Shown: in pieces, positions 63,755 through 64,000 of the stretch
Position numbering within the stretch: position 1 is the first letter of the stretch
Layout of the letters: the number at the start of each line of letters is the position of its first letter
Source: the human T2T-CHM13v2.0 reference genome, Homo sapiens
Reading direction: 5' to 3' (one strand)
Assembly (NCBI RefSeq): GCF_009914755.1
Contig: NC_060942.1
Length of the DNA: 64,000 nucleotides
Position numbers and translations under genes: made by a program
The notes under the pieces: model-generated
Seen by the model: the letters and a program-made list of their open reading frames with translations, nothing else
The model's database searches: none
What the model was told of the DNA's origin: nothing

Positions 63755-64000
63755 CAAAGTCAAAGTCAATGTCGAGAAGGATACTTCCTAGGTATTCTTC
63801 TAAGACTTCTATAGTTTGAGATCTTATATTTAAATTGTTAGTCCATCATGAGTTAATTTTTTTAATGGTGAAAGGTAGGGGTCCAGTTTCATTCTTTTGT
63901 ATATCACTAGCCAGTTATCCCAGAACCATTTATTGAATGGGGAATTCTTTCCTATTGCTTATTTTTGTTGGCTGTCAAAGATCATTTGGTTGTAGGTATG
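62690..64000 (-). mobile_element. L1PA15/16 or L1PB 3' portion, runs off the window
   Basis: Antisense 3'UTR (gcacatgtgcaggtttgtt, gatgctgaggtttggg) followed by ORF2 end; T30 tract at 63723-63752. Confidence 0.88.

Overview
AT-rich primate genomic DNA, human-like (it carries AluY and an L1PA3-type insertion). It is dominated by transposable elements: about 11 Alus plus a FAM, two ~3.4 kb 5'-truncated L1PA elements, many short L1 3' ends, old L1M/L2/MIR remnants, solo LTRs (THE1, MST, MLT1, MLT2, MER4, MER9, MER74-like, LTR10, LTR28-like) and DNA transposons (Tigger3, MER20, MER46C, MER5). I recognise no protein-coding gene; the supplied ORFs are mostly Alu, L1 or LTR read-throughs. Repeat subfamily names come from my memory of consensus sequences and need RepeatMasker/Dfam confirmation. 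Most notable unexplained structures: (1) a ~190 bp-arm inverted repeat at 45327-46227 that matches no repeat I recognise and is split by a later L1; (2) two neighbouring L1s with nearly the same 5' breakpoint and shared non-consensus bases; (3) fold-back palindromes at the 5' junctions of two tiny L1 insertions; (4) a speculative phase-compatible three-exon minus-strand transcript. I cannot claim a new biological system from sequence alone.
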